NCBI GenBank assembly: GCA_016868105.1
Contig: VGIA01000001.1
Location: 666 to 64,665, forward strand
Source of the DNA: Betaproteobacteria bacterium
Lineage (GTDB): Bacteria; Pseudomonadota; Gammaproteobacteria; Burkholderiales; SG8-39
Reading direction: 5' to 3'
DNA: 64,000 nucleotides
This document shows positions 1-11,656 of the stretch, one piece after another; positions within the stretch are counted from its first letter, which is position 1; the number at the start of each line of letters is the position of its first letter. The position numbers and the translations under genes were made by a program. The notes beneath the pieces are model-generated. The model had not been told where the DNA came from. It made no database searches and saw only the letters and a program-made list of their open reading frames with translations.

Positions 1-1420
1 TCAAGCGTACGCTGGCCAAGAGTGCGTCGAGCGAAGAGGCCCGCTCGAGCGTCAGCACGGCTTCGGCCACCCGTTCCGCGCGCGAACGGCTCATCACCCG
101 GCTCGCATTGCCGTGGAACTTCGTCACGATTTCATCGGCGGTCAGCGGGCGCGCGTCGGAGCCGCGGTTGTGCGGCTCGCGATGGCGCAGTTCGCGCCCA
201 TCCTTCAGCCGCAGCACCACCTCGCCGGAGTAATAGCGCGGGAACGCCGAATCCGGATCGACCTCGTAGCGGGTCTTCTGCGTGAGCGCGAACGTGCGCG
301 GGTCGGCCAGCGCGTCTTCCTCCAACTCGGCAAGGGTGAAGCAGCCGCGCACCAGCGTGGTGGCGATGGTGTAGTGGACCGAGAACTGCGCCTCGTAAGC
401 GCTCTTCGGCAGGCGCTTGCTCGCCTCGGGCTCGCACACCACCTGGGTTTGCCCCGCGCCGATGCGCGCCGTGATCGATTCGATGTCCTCGAGCGCGAAG
501 GCATGCCGGCGGCGCAGTTCCAGCGCCGCGTCGGCGAAGGCGTGGTTGAAGTGGCAGGCGGGATAGGGCTTCATCGCCACGTTCAGCATCTCCCAGGTCT
601 CGCCAAGCGCCGCGACGCTCATCGCCGGCTCGGCAGGATGCTGCGTGCCCACAAAGGCGTTGAACAATCCGAACCGTCCCTCGTAGGCTCGTGACGGCCC
701 GACGAAGCCGGAACGCGCGAGGGCGCAGGCGGTCGCCGCAGACGAGGCCGCCCAACCCGGGTGCATACGCTTGGTCCAGGCGCCGTCCTCCAGGAACTCG
801 AGGCTGCCGCAAGCCATGGAGAGCACGATGCCCTGTGCGTGCGCGAGTTGCGCCGGGCTCATCCCCGAGAGCCGCCCGGTGGCAAGCGTGGCGCCAAAAG
901 CGCCGACCACACCGGTAGGATGAAATCCTCGCAGGTGGAAACCGTTCTTCGCCGCCTGCCCGATGCGGCTCGAGGCCTCGACCCCGACGAGGTAGGCGGC
1001 AAGCGCCTCGCGGCCGCTCGCGCGTTCACGCTGGCCCACGCCCAGCACCACCGGTACCGCGCTGGCGGAAGCGTGTACGACCGCGCCGGAATGCGTATCG
1101 TCGAAATCCAGGCCGTGGATCAGCGTGCCGTTGGCGAGCATCGCGTCGCGCAACGGCAGGCCGAGCGCCGTGCCGAGCACCGGGTAGGGCCCCTCGCCCG
1201 CCAGTCCTAGGAGCGCGTTGATGGTGCGCTGACCGAATTCGAACCCGGTGGAGGCGAAACCGATGCCGATGCAATCCAGCACGTGCAGCTTGGCGCGCTC
1301 GATCACCTTCGCCGGGATGTCCTCGTAGCGCAAGCCACTGGCGAACTGCGCCAGCGCGCTGGAGAGGGTCGTGCTGGTGGCCGCGGCGGCAAGCGCTTGG
1401 GGATGGGCAGGGGCGTTCAT
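1..1420 (-). CDS. MmgE/PrpD family protein (2-methylcitrate dehydratase-like); 3' end runs off the left edge
   Basis: Absent from the ORF track because no stop lies in the window. My own translation from ATG 1420 (AGGAGA just upstream) stays open to base 2 (473 codons). It reads MNAPAHPQALAAA...IHGLDFDDTHSGAVVHASA...GFHPTGVVGAFGA...MKPYPACHFNHAFADAA..., typical of PrpD/MmgE proteins. Confidence 0.8.
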   Translation of the reverse strand, partial: MNAPAHPQALAAAATSTTLSSALAQFASGLRYEDIPAKVIERAKLHVLDCIGIGFASTGFEFGQRTINALLGLAGEGPYPVLGTALGLPLRDAMLANGTLIHGLDFDDTHSGAVVHASASAVPVVLGVGQRERASGREALAAYLVGVEASSRIGQAAKNGFHLRGFHPTGVVGAFGATLATGRLSGMSPAQLAHAQGIVLSMACGSLEFLEDGAWTKRMHPGWAASSAATACALARSGFVGPSRAYEGRFGLFNAFVGTQHPAEPAMSVAALGETWEMLNVAMKPYPACHFNHAFADAALELRRRHAFALEDIESITARIGAGQTQVVCEPEASKRLPKSAYEAQFSVHYTIATTLVRGCFTLAELEEDALADPRTFALTQKTRYEVDPDSAFPRYYSGEVVLRLKDGRELRHREPHNRGSDARPLTADEIVTKFHGNASRVMSRSRAERVAEAVLTLERASSLDALLASVRL

Positions 1421-1637
1421 GGCGTCTCCTGGCAGGGCGCGAGGGCCCTGTTCATGGCGTTGCAGGGTCGTGTGCCGTGGTGCGCAGGCGCAACTTCGAG
1501 CTGAAGCATCCGGCGTCGCGCGCACATCGCGCCGCGAGGCGGGTGTTGTCGATGAAGCCGAACGGGTCCGCGAGCTTGCCGACGGACAGCACGAAACGCG
1601 TGCTGTCCTGACGCGCCCGTCAAGCCGGCGTTTGCCA

Positions 1638-2129
1638 TCAGCGGCGGAACAGGCCGGTCAGGCTGGTCTTCGCCAGGGTGTTGAAGTTGAGATAAAAGCC
1701 GACGATCGCCGCCGAGGTGTCCGCGGTGACCGGGAGCTTGTCCAGGCTCACGGCGAACAGGGTGAAGAGGTAACGGTGCACCTCACCCTCGGGCGGGCAC
1801 GGACCGCCATAGCCCGGCTTGCCGAAATCCGTGCGCACCTCGAGCGCGCCGGTGGGCAGCTTGCCCGCCGCCGGGTCGCCTGCCCCCAGCGGCAGCGAGG
1901 TCACCGTCGGCGGGATGTTGACCAGCACCCAATGCCAGAATCCGCTGCCCGTCGGGGCGTCCGGATCGAAGCAGGTCAGCGCGAAGCTCTTGGTGCCCGC
2001 GGGCGCGCCGCCCCAGGACAGCTGTGGCGAGCGGTTGCCGCCGTTGCAGCCAAAGCCGTAGGCCTCGGACAGTACGTGATTGGCGCCAAGGTAGTCGCCA
2101 TTGCCGAAGTTCTCGCTGGTCAGTTTCAT
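1638..2129 (-). CDS. YbhB/YbcL family Raf-kinase-inhibitor-like (PEBP) protein
   Basis: This is the C-terminal 163 aa of track ORF 1638..2519: MKLTSENFGNG...RSPQLSWGGAPAGTKSFALTCFDPDAPTGSGFWHWVLVNIP...GYGGPCPPEGEVHRYLFTLFA. ATG 2129 is preceded by GAAAGGAG. The upstream part of the ORF is a stop-free extension. Confidence 0.85.
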   Translation of the reverse strand: MKLTSENFGNGDYLGANHVLSEAYGFGCNGGNRSPQLSWGGAPAGTKSFALTCFDPDAPTGSGFWHWVLVNIPPTVTSLPLGAGDPAAGKLPTGALEVRTDFGKPGYGGPCPPEGEVHRYLFTLFAVSLDKLPVTADTSAAIVGFYLNFNTLAKTSLTGLFRR

Positions 2130-2181
2130 GTCAGAGGCTCCTTTCTGGTGCGGATGATACTGTAGAGTAAGAGCGGTCCGG

Positions 2182-2958
2182 TTGCGACAGCCCTCGGCTT
2201 GGCTACGGACGAGGACAATTCGGAGCAGAGCCTTGATCGATCCCGCTGCCGGAGCGTTGCCTTTCACTCCCGGATTGCCCGCCGCGACCGCGGAGGCGGC
2301 GCTGCTGTCCAGGCGCAGCGTGCGGGCGTTCAAGCCCGACGCCGTGCCGCGCGCGCTGGTCGAGGAAATCCTGGCGCTCGCCAGCCGGGCACCCTCGGGC
2401 ACCAACATCCAGCCCTGGAAGGTGCGCGTGCTGGCCGGCGAGGTGCGCGACCGCATCAGCGCGGCGATGCTGCAAGCGTATGCGCTTGAGGGACCTGAGA
2501 GCTTCAAGCGGCCGTACAACTACTATCCCGTGAAGTGGCGCGATCCCTACCTGTCGCGGCGCCGCAAGCTCGGCTGGGACCTGTACGGCCTGCTCGGCAT
2601 CACCCGCGACGACAAGGCCGGCATGGACGCGCAATACCGGCGCAACTACCGGTTCTTCGATGCGCCGGTTGCCCTGGTGTTTACGCTGGATGCCGACATG
2701 GAGATCGGCAGCTGGCTCGATTACGGCATGTTCCTGCAGGGCATCATGACCGCCGCGCGCGCAAAAGGTCTGGACACCTGTGCCCAGGCGGCGATTGCCA
2801 GCGCACACCGGGTTCTGCGCCGGGAACTGGCGATTTCCGACGCCGAGCAAATCGTCTGCGGCATGTCGCTTGGCTACGCGCGGGACGATGTCGTCAATCG
2901 CCTGGTCACCACCCGCGTACCGGTGTGTGATTTCGCGCAGTTCCTGGGTTTCGAATGA
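2182..2958 (+). CDS. nitroreductase family protein
   Basis: Motifs LLSRRSVRAFKPDAVPRALVEEILALASRAPSGTNIQPWKVRVL...FFDAPVALVFTLD...CGMSLGY. The start is uncertain: TTG 2182 or in-frame TTG 2233. Confidence 0.85.
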   Translation: MRQPSAWLRTRTIRSRALIDPAAGALPFTPGLPAATAEAALLSRRSVRAFKPDAVPRALVEEILALASRAPSGTNIQPWKVRVLAGEVRDRISAAMLQAYALEGPESFKRPYNYYPVKWRDPYLSRRRKLGWDLYGLLGITRDDKAGMDAQYRRNYRFFDAPVALVFTLDADMEIGSWLDYGMFLQGIMTAARAKGLDTCAQAAIASAHRVLRRELAISDAEQIVCGMSLGYARDDVVNRLVTTRVPVCDFAQFLGFE

Positions 2959-3173
2959 CGGCAACCAGGCCAGCCAGTCAAAAGGACACAGCCATGCGAC
3001 GACCCTTCCGGGTCATCGATGCCGATGGCCATATCGACGAGAAGCGCCTCAACTGGGCCGAGCGCATACCCGAGCGCTATCGCCCGGACGCGCCCTGCTG
3101 GGTGAGCTACCCCGATGGACGCAAGCACATGGTGGTCGAAGGCAAGCTCTGGCCCACGCGGCGCGACTTCTAG
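2955..3173 (+). pseudogene. N-terminal stub of an amidohydrolase-family (metal-dependent hydrolase) gene
   Basis: The 72-aa ORF reads ...MRRPFRVIDADGHIDEKRLNWAERIPERYRPDAP...GKLWP. This resembles the first ~60 aa of amidohydrolase-2-type enzymes that normally run 300-400 aa. It stops 30 bp before the convergent guaA stop. Its ATGA overlaps the nitroreductase stop. Confidence 0.45.
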
Positions 3174-3202
3174 GGCGCGCTGGGCATGTGGCCGGTGCCG
3201 CC

Positions 3203-4765
3203 CTACTCCCACTCGATCGTGGCCGGGGGCTTGGAGGAAACGTCGTAGGTGACGCGGTTGATGCCGCGAACCTCGTTGATGATGCGGCTGGAGACCTTCG
3301 CTAGCAGTTCGTGCGGCAGAGGCGCCCAGCCCGCGGTCATGAAGTCCGAGGTCTCGACCGCGCGCAACGCCACCACGTTTTCGTAGGTGCGGCCGTCACC
3401 CATGACACCCACCGACTTTACCGGCAGGAACACGGCGAAGGCCTGAGCCGTCTTGTCGTACCAGCCCGATGCCCGAAGTTCCCGGATGAAGATATCGTCT
3501 GCGCGTTGCAGCAGGGAAACATACTCCTGCTTCACTTCCCCCAGTACCCGCACGCCCAGGCCCGGCCCCGGGAACGGGTGCCGGTACACCATCTCGCGCG
3601 GCAGGCCGAGCACGAGACCCAGCTCGCGCACCTCGTCCTTGAAAAGGTCCCGCAGGGGTTCCAGCAGCTTCAGGTGCAGGGTGTCGGGCAGGCCGCCCAC
3701 GTTATGGTGCGACTTGATGGTGATCGCCTTCTTGGTCTTGGCGTGCGCCGATTCAATCACGTCCGGGTAGATGGTGCCCTGCGCGAGCCACTTGGCGTTG
3801 CCGATCTTCGCCGACTCGCGCTGGAACACGTCCACGAACAGCTTGCCGATGATCTTGCGCTTGTGCTCGGGGTCGGGGACGCCCTTCAGAGCCGCGAACA
3901 TCTCGGCGCCGGCCTCGACATGGATCACCTTGACCTGAATATGCTCGGCGAACGCGGCCATCACCTGCTTCGCCTCGTCCAGGCGCAGCAGGCCGTGGTC
4001 CACGAACACGCAGGTGAGCTGGTTGCCGATGGCCTTGTGGATGAGCGCGGCAGCCACGGAGGAGTCCACGCCGCCCGAGAGACCCAGGATCACCTCCTCC
4101 CGGCCCACCTGGGCGCGGATTTTCGCCACCGCCTCGGCGACGTAGTCCGGCATGTTCCAGTCGCCACGGCAGCCGCTGATGTCGCGCACGAAGCGGCGCA
4201 GGAGTCTCATGCCCTGCGCGGTATGGGTCACCTCGGGGTGGAACTGCACCGCGTAGTAGCGCCGCGCCTCGTCGGCCATGCCGGCGATCGGGCAGGCGTC
4301 GTTGGAGGCCATGAGCGTGAACCCCGGCGGCATCTCGACCACCTTGTCGCCGTGGCTCATCCAGACCTTCAGGATGCCGTGACCCTCGGGGGTGCGGTAG
4401 TCCTCGATACCGTCGAGCAGCTTGGTGTGGCCGCGGGCGCGCACCTCCGCATAGCCGAACTCGCGCACCATGCCCGCCTCCACCCTGCCGCCCAGCTGCT
4501 GTGCCATCGTCTGCATGCCGTAGCAGATGCCCAGCACCGGCACGTCGATCTCGAACACCGCCCGCGGCGCCTTTAGGGTCGAATCCTCGTAGGCGGAGGC
4601 ATGGCTGCCGGAGAGGATGATCCCCTTGGGCGCGTAGTTGCGCACGAACGCCTCGGGCACGTCGCAGGGATGGATCTCGCAGTACACCCCCGCCTCCCGC
4701 ACCCGGCGGGCGATGAGCTGCGTGTACTGCGCCCCGAAATCGAGGATGAGGATCTTGTCGTGCAA
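3203..4765 (-). CDS. guaA: glutamine-hydrolysing GMP synthase
   Basis: [32 protein letters not shown]... through ...[12 protein letters not shown]. There is no ATG at the conserved N-terminus. TTG 4765 gives [11 protein letters not shown] and 520 aa. An alternative TTG at 4777 overlaps the guaB stop. Confidence 0.95.
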   Translation of the reverse strand: MHDKILILDFGAQYTQLIARRVREAGVYCEIHPCDVPEAFVRNYAPKGIILSGSHASAYEDSTLKAPRAVFEIDVPVLGICYGMQTMAQQLGGRVEAGMVREFGYAEVRARGHTKLLDGIEDYRTPEGHGILKVWMSHGDKVVEMPPGFTLMASNDACPIAGMADEARRYYAVQFHPEVTHTAQGMRLLRRFVRDISGCRGDWNMPDYVAEAVAKIRAQVGREEVILGLSGGVDSSVAAALIHKAIGNQLTCVFVDHGLLRLDEAKQVMAAFAEHIQVKVIHVEAGAEMFAALKGVPDPEHKRKIIGKLFVDVFQRESAKIGNAKWLAQGTIYPDVIESAHAKTKKAITIKSHHNVGGLPDTLHLKLLEPLRDLFKDEVRELGLVLGLPREMVYRHPFPGPGLGVRVLGEVKQEYVSLLQRADDIFIRELRASGWYDKTAQAFAVFLPVKSVGVMGDGRTYENVVALRAVETSDFMTAGWAPLPHELLAKVSSRIINEVRGINRVTYDVSSKPPATIEWE

Positions 4766-4769
4766 GGAA

Positions 4770-6791
<2,022 letters not shown>

Positions 6792-6795
<4 letters not shown>

Positions 6796-7217
6796 GCCTT
6801 TTCCGCACGCAGCCGGAAGGCCTTGACCATCGAGTCGGCGAGGTTCTCGAACAGCGGCGACAGGGCCTTCGCCAGCAGCGGGTTGGCGAATTCGTAAGCC
6901 ATGGAGAACTCGATCTTGGCCGCCTCCGCGCCCAGCGGGGTGAAGCGCCAGGCGGCGGTGAAGCGGCGAAACGGACCCTCGAGCAGGCGCAGGTCGATGG
7001 CGCGGCCCGGGTGGTTGGAATTCTCGGTGGTGAAGGACTGGCGCAACCCGGGAAAGCCAAAGGTCAGCGCCGCGACCGTGCGTCCCGGCGAGCGCTCCCT
7101 AACCTCCGCCGCCAGGCAGCGCGGCAGGAACGAAGGGTAGGATTCGATGTCCTCCACCAGCGCATAGACCGTCTCCGCGCTGCGCTGGACGATCGCCGAG
7201 CGCGCAATGCGCTTCAC
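6792..7217 (-). CDS. ratA: SRPBCC family ubiquinone-binding protein (RatA/PasT/YfjG)
   Basis: [38 protein letters not shown]...[19 protein letters not shown]...[10 protein letters not shown] aligns end to end with E. coli RatA as I recall it. GTG 7217 is chosen by that alignment; ATG 7250/7256/7271 are also in frame. It lies divergent to smpB, as in E. coli. Confidence 0.8.
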
Positions 7218-7248
7218 GGCGGCGCTACAATTGCGCCCCCTCCCCGCC

Positions 7249-7692
7249 ATGTCCATCACCGAGAACCGCAAGGCCTTCCACGACTATTTCGTCGAGGAGC
7301 GTTTTGAGGCCGGGATGGTACTCGAAGGCTGGGAGGTAAAGGCGATCCGCGCCGGCCGAGTGCAGGTCAACGACGCCTATGTCATCGTCAAGGACGGCGC
7401 GCTGTGGCTGATCGGCGCCCACATCAGCCCGCTGCTCACCGCCTCGACGCACGTCCAGCCCGATCCCCTGCGCACCCGCAAGCTGCTGCTGCACGCCGAA
7501 GAAGCGCGGCGGCTGATCGGCAAGGTCGAGCAGCGCGGCTACAGCCTGATCCCGCTCGACCTGCATTTCTCCAAGGGGCGGGTGAAGGCCCAGATCGCGC
7601 TTGCTAAGGGCAAGCTCAAGCACGATAAGCGGGCGTCTGAGCGCGAGAGGGAGTGGCAGCGGGAGAAGCAGCGGCTGTTGAGGCCTCGCTGA
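7249..7692 (+). CDS. smpB: SsrA-binding protein SmpB
   Basis: [38 protein letters not shown]...KLLLHAEE...[23 protein letters not shown]...REWQREKQR; 147 aa from the internal ATG of track ORF 7207..7692. Confidence 0.95.
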   Translation: MSITENRKAFHDYFVEERFEAGMVLEGWEVKAIRAGRVQVNDAYVIVKDGALWLIGAHISPLLTASTHVQPDPLRTRKLLLHAEEARRLIGKVEQRGYSLIPLDLHFSKGRVKAQIALAKGKLKHDKRASEREREWQREKQRLLRPR

Positions 7693-10048
7693 GCGAAAGC
7701 CAGGTCGAGACCACGGTATCGGGATTCAGCGACAGGCTGCCGATACCCTGCTGCATCAGCCAGCGCGCGAAGTCCGGATGGTCCGAGGGGCCCTGGCCGC
7801 AGATGCCGACGTATTTACCCTGCCGGCGGCAGGCGCTGATCGCCATCGACAGCATTGCCTGCACCGCCGCGTCTCGCTCGTCGAAGGACGCGGCCACCAG
7901 CCCGGAGTCGCGGTCCAGACCGAGGGTGAGCTGCGTCAGGTCGTTGGAACCGATGGAAAAGCCGTCGAAGTGCTCGAGGAACGCCTCCGCGAGCACGGCG
8001 TTGGAGGGCAGCTCGCACATCATGATGAGCCTGAGGCCGTTCTCGCCGCGCTTGAGGCCGTTGCTGCCCAGCAGCGCCACCACCTCGCGCGCTTCGCCGA
8101 GCGTGCGCACGAAGGGCACCATGATCTCGACATTGGTGTAGCCCATCTCGCCGCGCACCTTGCGCAGGGCCTCGCACTCCAGCTCGAAGCAGTCCTGGAA
8201 GGCCTTCGCCAGGTAGCGCGAGGCGCCGCGGAACCCGAGCATCGGGTTCTCCTCCTCCGGCTCGTAGCGCGCTCCACCCAGCAGCTTGCGGTACTCGTTG
8301 GACTTGAAGTCCGACAGCCGCACGATCACCGGCTTTGGCCAGAAGGCGGCGGCAATGGTGGCGATGCCTTCCACCAGCTTGTCGCGGAAGAAGCCGCGCG
8401 GGTCCGCGTAGCCGAGCGCGGCACGCGCAACCTCCTCCCTCAGGCCCGTGGGCAGGTCCGCGAACTCTAGGCAGGCCTTGGGATGGACGCCGATCTCGTT
8501 GTTGATGATGAATTCCAGCCGGGCCAGTCCGACCCCGGCATTGGGCAACTGCGCGAAATTGAAGGCGAGCCGGGGATTGCCTACGTTCATGGCGATTTTG
8601 AGCGGGATCTTCGGCAGCTCGCCGCGCGCGCTGGCGGTGACCTCGAAGGGCAGCGCGCCCTCGTAGATGTGGCCGGTATCGCCCTCGGCGCAGGACACGG
8701 TGACCGGCTGGCCGTCGGGCAGGGTCGAGGTGGCATCGCCGCAGCCGACCACCGCGGGGATGCCCAGCTCGCGGGCGATGATGGCCGCATGGCAGGTGCG
8801 GCCGCCGCGATTGGTGACGATGGCCGCTGCCACCTTCATCACCGGCTCCCAATTGGGATCGGTCATGTCGGTGACCAGCACGTCGCCCTTCCTGACCTTG
8901 GACATCTCAGCAGCATTGCCGATGATGCGCACCTTGCCTGCGCCGATGCGCTGGCCGATGGCGCGCCCGCTCGCCAGTATCCGCGAGCTGCCGCGCAGCT
9001 GGAAGCGTTCCTCGGTGCCGATGTCGGCCCGCGCGCGCACCGTCTCGGGCCGCGCCTGCAGCACGTAGAGCTTGCCGTCGCCGCCATCCTTCGCCCACTC
9101 CACGTCCATCGGGCGCCCGTAATGCTGCTCGATGGCGCAGCCCATGCGCGCCAGTTCCAGCACCTCGGCGTCGGTGAGCGAGAAACGGCCGGCGTCGGCC
9201 TGCGCGACCTCGACCATGCGCGTTGAGCGCCCGGCCGAGCGGCCCTCGTCATAGACCATCTTCTGCTGCTTCGAGCCCAGGCCGCGGCGCAGGATGGCGG
9301 GCTTTCCCGCCTGCAGCATCGGCTTGTGAACGTAGAACTCGTCCGGGTTCACCGTGCCCTGGACCACGGACTCGCCCAAGCCCCAGGCGGCGGTGATGAA
9401 CACGACGTCGCGGAAGCCGGACTCGGTATCCAGCGTGAACAGCACCCCGCTGGCGCCCAGGTCGCTGCGCACCATGCGCTGCACGGCCGCCGACAGCGCC
9501 ACCTCGCCGTGGGCAAAACCCAGGTGCGCCCGGTAGGCGATCGCCCGGTCGTTGTACAGCGAGGCATAGACCTGGCGGATGGCGGCCAGAACGTGGTCGA
9601 TGCCGTGGATGTTGAGCAAGGTCTCCTGCTGCCCCGCGAACGAGGCGTTGGGCAGGTCCTCGGCCGTCGCAGAGGAGCGGACTGCAAATGAAGTATCGCT
9701 TGAATAATCTTTTACAAGTACATGATAAATTGATCTTATTTCACTTTCAACATCCGCCGGGAACGGCGTACTCGCGATCCAGTCGCGGATCTCTGCGCCA
9801 CAGGCGGCAAGGGCCGTGATGTCCTCCGGATCCAGCTTCGCGATGCGCTCGGCGATACGTTGCTCCAGCCCCCCGGCCTGAACAAACCGCCTGTAGGCAG
9901 CGGCCGTGGTGGCCAATCCGCCCGGCACCCGGATCCCGGCCTGGGACAAGCCGCCGATCATCTCGCCCAGCGAGGCGTTCTTGCCGCCGACGCTGGGCAG
10001 GTCGGCCATGCGCAGGTCCTTGAGCCATGAAACGTACGGTCGCGTCAT
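7616..10048 (-). CDS. ppsA: phosphoenolpyruvate synthase
   Basis: 810 aa: ...[11 protein letters not shown]...[24 protein letters not shown]...[24 protein letters not shown]...[17 protein letters not shown]. It contains an atypical AT-rich patch (9683..9754). A ~24-aa Ala/Ser/Thr/Pro tail overlaps the smpB 3' end. Confidence 0.97.
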   Translation of the reverse strand: MTRPYVSWLKDLRMADLPSVGGKNASLGEMIGGLSQAGIRVPGGLATTAAAYRRFVQAGGLEQRIAERIAKLDPEDITALAACGAEIRDWIASTPFPADVESEIRSIYHVLVKDYSSDTSFAVRSSATAEDLPNASFAGQQETLLNIHGIDHVLAAIRQVYASLYNDRAIAYRAHLGFAHGEVALSAAVQRMVRSDLGASGVLFTLDTESGFRDVVFITAAWGLGESVVQGTVNPDEFYVHKPMLQAGKPAILRRGLGSKQQKMVYDEGRSAGRSTRMVEVAQADAGRFSLTDAEVLELARMGCAIEQHYGRPMDVEWAKDGGDGKLYVLQARPETVRARADIGTEERFQLRGSSRILASGRAIGQRIGAGKVRIIGNAAEMSKVRKGDVLVTDMTDPNWEPVMKVAAAIVTNRGGRTCHAAIIARELGIPAVVGCGDATSTLPDGQPVTVSCAEGDTGHIYEGALPFEVTASARGELPKIPLKIAMNVGNPRLAFNFAQLPNAGVGLARLEFIINNEIGVHPKACLEFADLPTGLREEVARAALGYADPRGFFRDKLVEGIATIAAAFWPKPVIVRLSDFKSNEYRKLLGGARYEPEEENPMLGFRGASRYLAKAFQDCFELECEALRKVRGEMGYTNVEIMVPFVRTLGEAREVVALLGSNGLKRGENGLRLIMMCELPSNAVLAEAFLEHFDGFSIGSNDLTQLTLGLDRDSGLVAASFDERDAAVQAMLSMAISACRRQGKYVGICGQGPSDHPDFARWLMQQGIGSLSLNPDTVVSTWLSLSEASTAAASPAATPSRAQTPAYRA

Positions 10049-10068
10049 GCGGTGCTATTTTATCGGCC

Positions 10069-10893
10069 ATGACGCAGCGCCGCACCGTCTTTTTCGTCTC
10101 CGACGGCACCGGCATCACGGCGCAGATGCTGGGCCACAGCCTGCTGACGCAGTTCGAGGGGGTGCAGTTCAACCAGGTCACCCTGCCGTTCATCGACAGC
10201 GTGGACAAGGCCGCGCAATGCCTGGAGCGCATCGAGCGGGAGTCGCTCGTCGGAACCGGGACGCCGATCGTGTTTTCCACCCTCGTCAACAACGATCTGC
10301 GCGAGGTGGTACGGCGCGCCAACGCAGTGTTCCTGGACTTCTTCGAGACCTTCATCGACCCGCTGGAGGCCGGCCTGGGCATCAAGTCCAGCCACACCAT
10401 CGGCCGCTCGCACAGCGCCACCGACAAGCAGGAGTACAAGCAGCGCATGGAGGCGATCAATTTCTCCATGGCGCACGACGACGGCGCCTCGCACCGGGAA
10501 CTGGCCCAAGCGGACGTCATCCTGGTCGGCGTCTCCCGCAGCGGCAAGACGCCAACCAGCCTCTACTTGGCGCTGCAGTTCGGCGTCAAGGCGGCCAACT
10601 ACCCCCTGATCCCGGAGGATTTCGAGCGCATGCAGCTGCCCGAGGCGCTCAAGGGTTGCCGCCAGAAACTGTTCGGGCTCACCATCACCCCGGAGCGCTT
10701 GCGCGAGATCCGCAACGAGCGCAGGCCCGCCAGCAGCTACGCGGAACTGGCGAACTGCCGCTACGAAGTCGAGCGCGCCGAGGCGTTGATGCGGCGCGAG
10801 GGCATCAGCTGGATCAACTCCACGGCCAAGTCCATCGAGGAGATTGCCACCACCATCCTGCGAGAGCTCAAGCTGGAGCGCCACGTTTTCTGA
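10069..10893 (+). CDS. ppsR: PEP synthase regulatory protein (bifunctional kinase/pyrophosphorylase, DUF299)
   Basis: [29 protein letters not shown]...[34 protein letters not shown]. It is divergent to ppsA, separated by only 20 bp. Confidence 0.93.
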   Translation: MTQRRTVFFVSDGTGITAQMLGHSLLTQFEGVQFNQVTLPFIDSVDKAAQCLERIERESLVGTGTPIVFSTLVNNDLREVVRRANAVFLDFFETFIDPLEAGLGIKSSHTIGRSHSATDKQEYKQRMEAINFSMAHDDGASHRELAQADVILVGVSRSGKTPTSLYLALQFGVKAANYPLIPEDFERMQLPEALKGCRQKLFGLTITPERLREIRNERRPASSYAELANCRYEVERAEALMRREGISWINSTAKSIEEIATTILRELKLERHVF

Positions 10894-11656
10894 GCCGCTC
10901 CGCCTCGTAAAAGAGGATCGCCGCCGCCATGGCGACATTGAGCGACTCGGTGCCGGGCCGCACCGGGATCGTCACCTTGAGGTCTGCGCGCGAGGCGAGC
11001 GCGGCGCTCACACCCGGGCCTTCGGCGCCCAGGATCCAGCCCAGGCGCCCGTAAAGTTCGGCATCGCCGGGCGCCACGCCGCCGCGCGGCACGGCGAGGG
11101 CGACGCGGCCGCCGAACCGCTCTAGGTCCGATGCCAGGTCATCGCTGCGGCGCAGGCCGATCACGAAGTGCGCGCCCATCGCCGCCCGCAGCACCTTCGG
11201 TGACCAGGCGTCGGCGCAACCGGGCCCAAGCACCGCCACCGGCACGCCGAAGGCCGCCGCGCTGCGCAGGATGGCGCCGACGTTGCCCGCATCCTGGATG
11301 CCCTCCAGGAACACGCATGCCGCAGCCGATTCAAGCGCCTCGCCCTCCTGCGGCAGCCGGATTTCCGCGACGATGCCCTGGGGCGACTCGGCCTGCGCGA
11401 TGGCGACGAACAAGCTGTCCGCCAGGATCGTCGCCGTCACGCCGGAGCGCTGCACCAGTTGCGCCAGTTCGGTGCGTCCTGCGCCGCTCTCGCTCAGGAT
11501 CAACGCCTGCGGCCTGATGCCGGCCTCGAGGCAGGCGAGGACCAGGTGCGGCCCCTCGATGAGGGCGCAGCCCTCGCGGCGCCGCTCGCGCGGGTCCGCC
11601 GCCAGCCTGGTCCAGCGCCGCAGCCGTGGATTGTCCTGCGATCGCAGGACGCTCAT
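10868..11656 (-). CDS. TrmH/SpoU family RNA 2'-O-methyltransferase
   Basis: Motifs [57 protein letters not shown] 11656 forms an ATGA overlap with the upstream gene's stop (11653-11655). Confidence 0.85.
   Translation of the reverse strand: MSVLRSQDNPRLRRWTRLAADPRERRREGCALIEGPHLVLACLEAGIRPQALILSESGAGRTELAQLVQRSGVTATILADSLFVAIAQAESPQGIVAEIRLPQEGEALESAAACVFLEGIQDAGNVGAILRSAAAFGVPVAVLGPGCADAWSPKVLRAAMGAHFVIGLRRSDDLASDLERFGGRVALAVPRGGVAPGDAELYGRLGWILGAEGPGVSAALASRADLKVTIPVRPGTESLNVAMAAAILFYEAERLRKRGAPA

Noticed and set aside
1421-1637. A possible gene remnant in the 217-bp spacer between the PEBP gene and the PrpD-like gene. One minus-strand frame reads STRFVLSVGKLADPFGFIDNTRL.
   Set aside because: It is too short, and I could not assign it to any family from memory. 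It may simply be the promoter and leader region of the PrpD-like gene.
3311-4576. Long ORFs antisense to, or out of frame with, recognised genes. Examples: 3311..4576, 5367..6299, 7815..8852, 19134..20627, 20777..22156, 25653..27407, 28186..29817, 37717..40323, 48741..50717, 50707..53208 and 60042..63089.
   Set aside because: Each lies opposite or out of frame to a gene with unmistakable family motifs. Their translations are Arg/Ala/Gly/Pro-rich low-complexity strings typical of stop-codon-poor high-GC DNA. There is no independent support.
9700-9730. A plus-strand promoter-like sequence (TTGAAT-N17/18-TGATAAAT) inside the ppsA AT-rich patch, possibly serving ppsR.
   Set aside because: Any AT-rich 70-mer will contain hexamers resembling -35 and -10 boxes. 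It lies about 340 bp from ppsR and has no supporting evidence. It is mentioned only as a side note under the ppsA patch finding.
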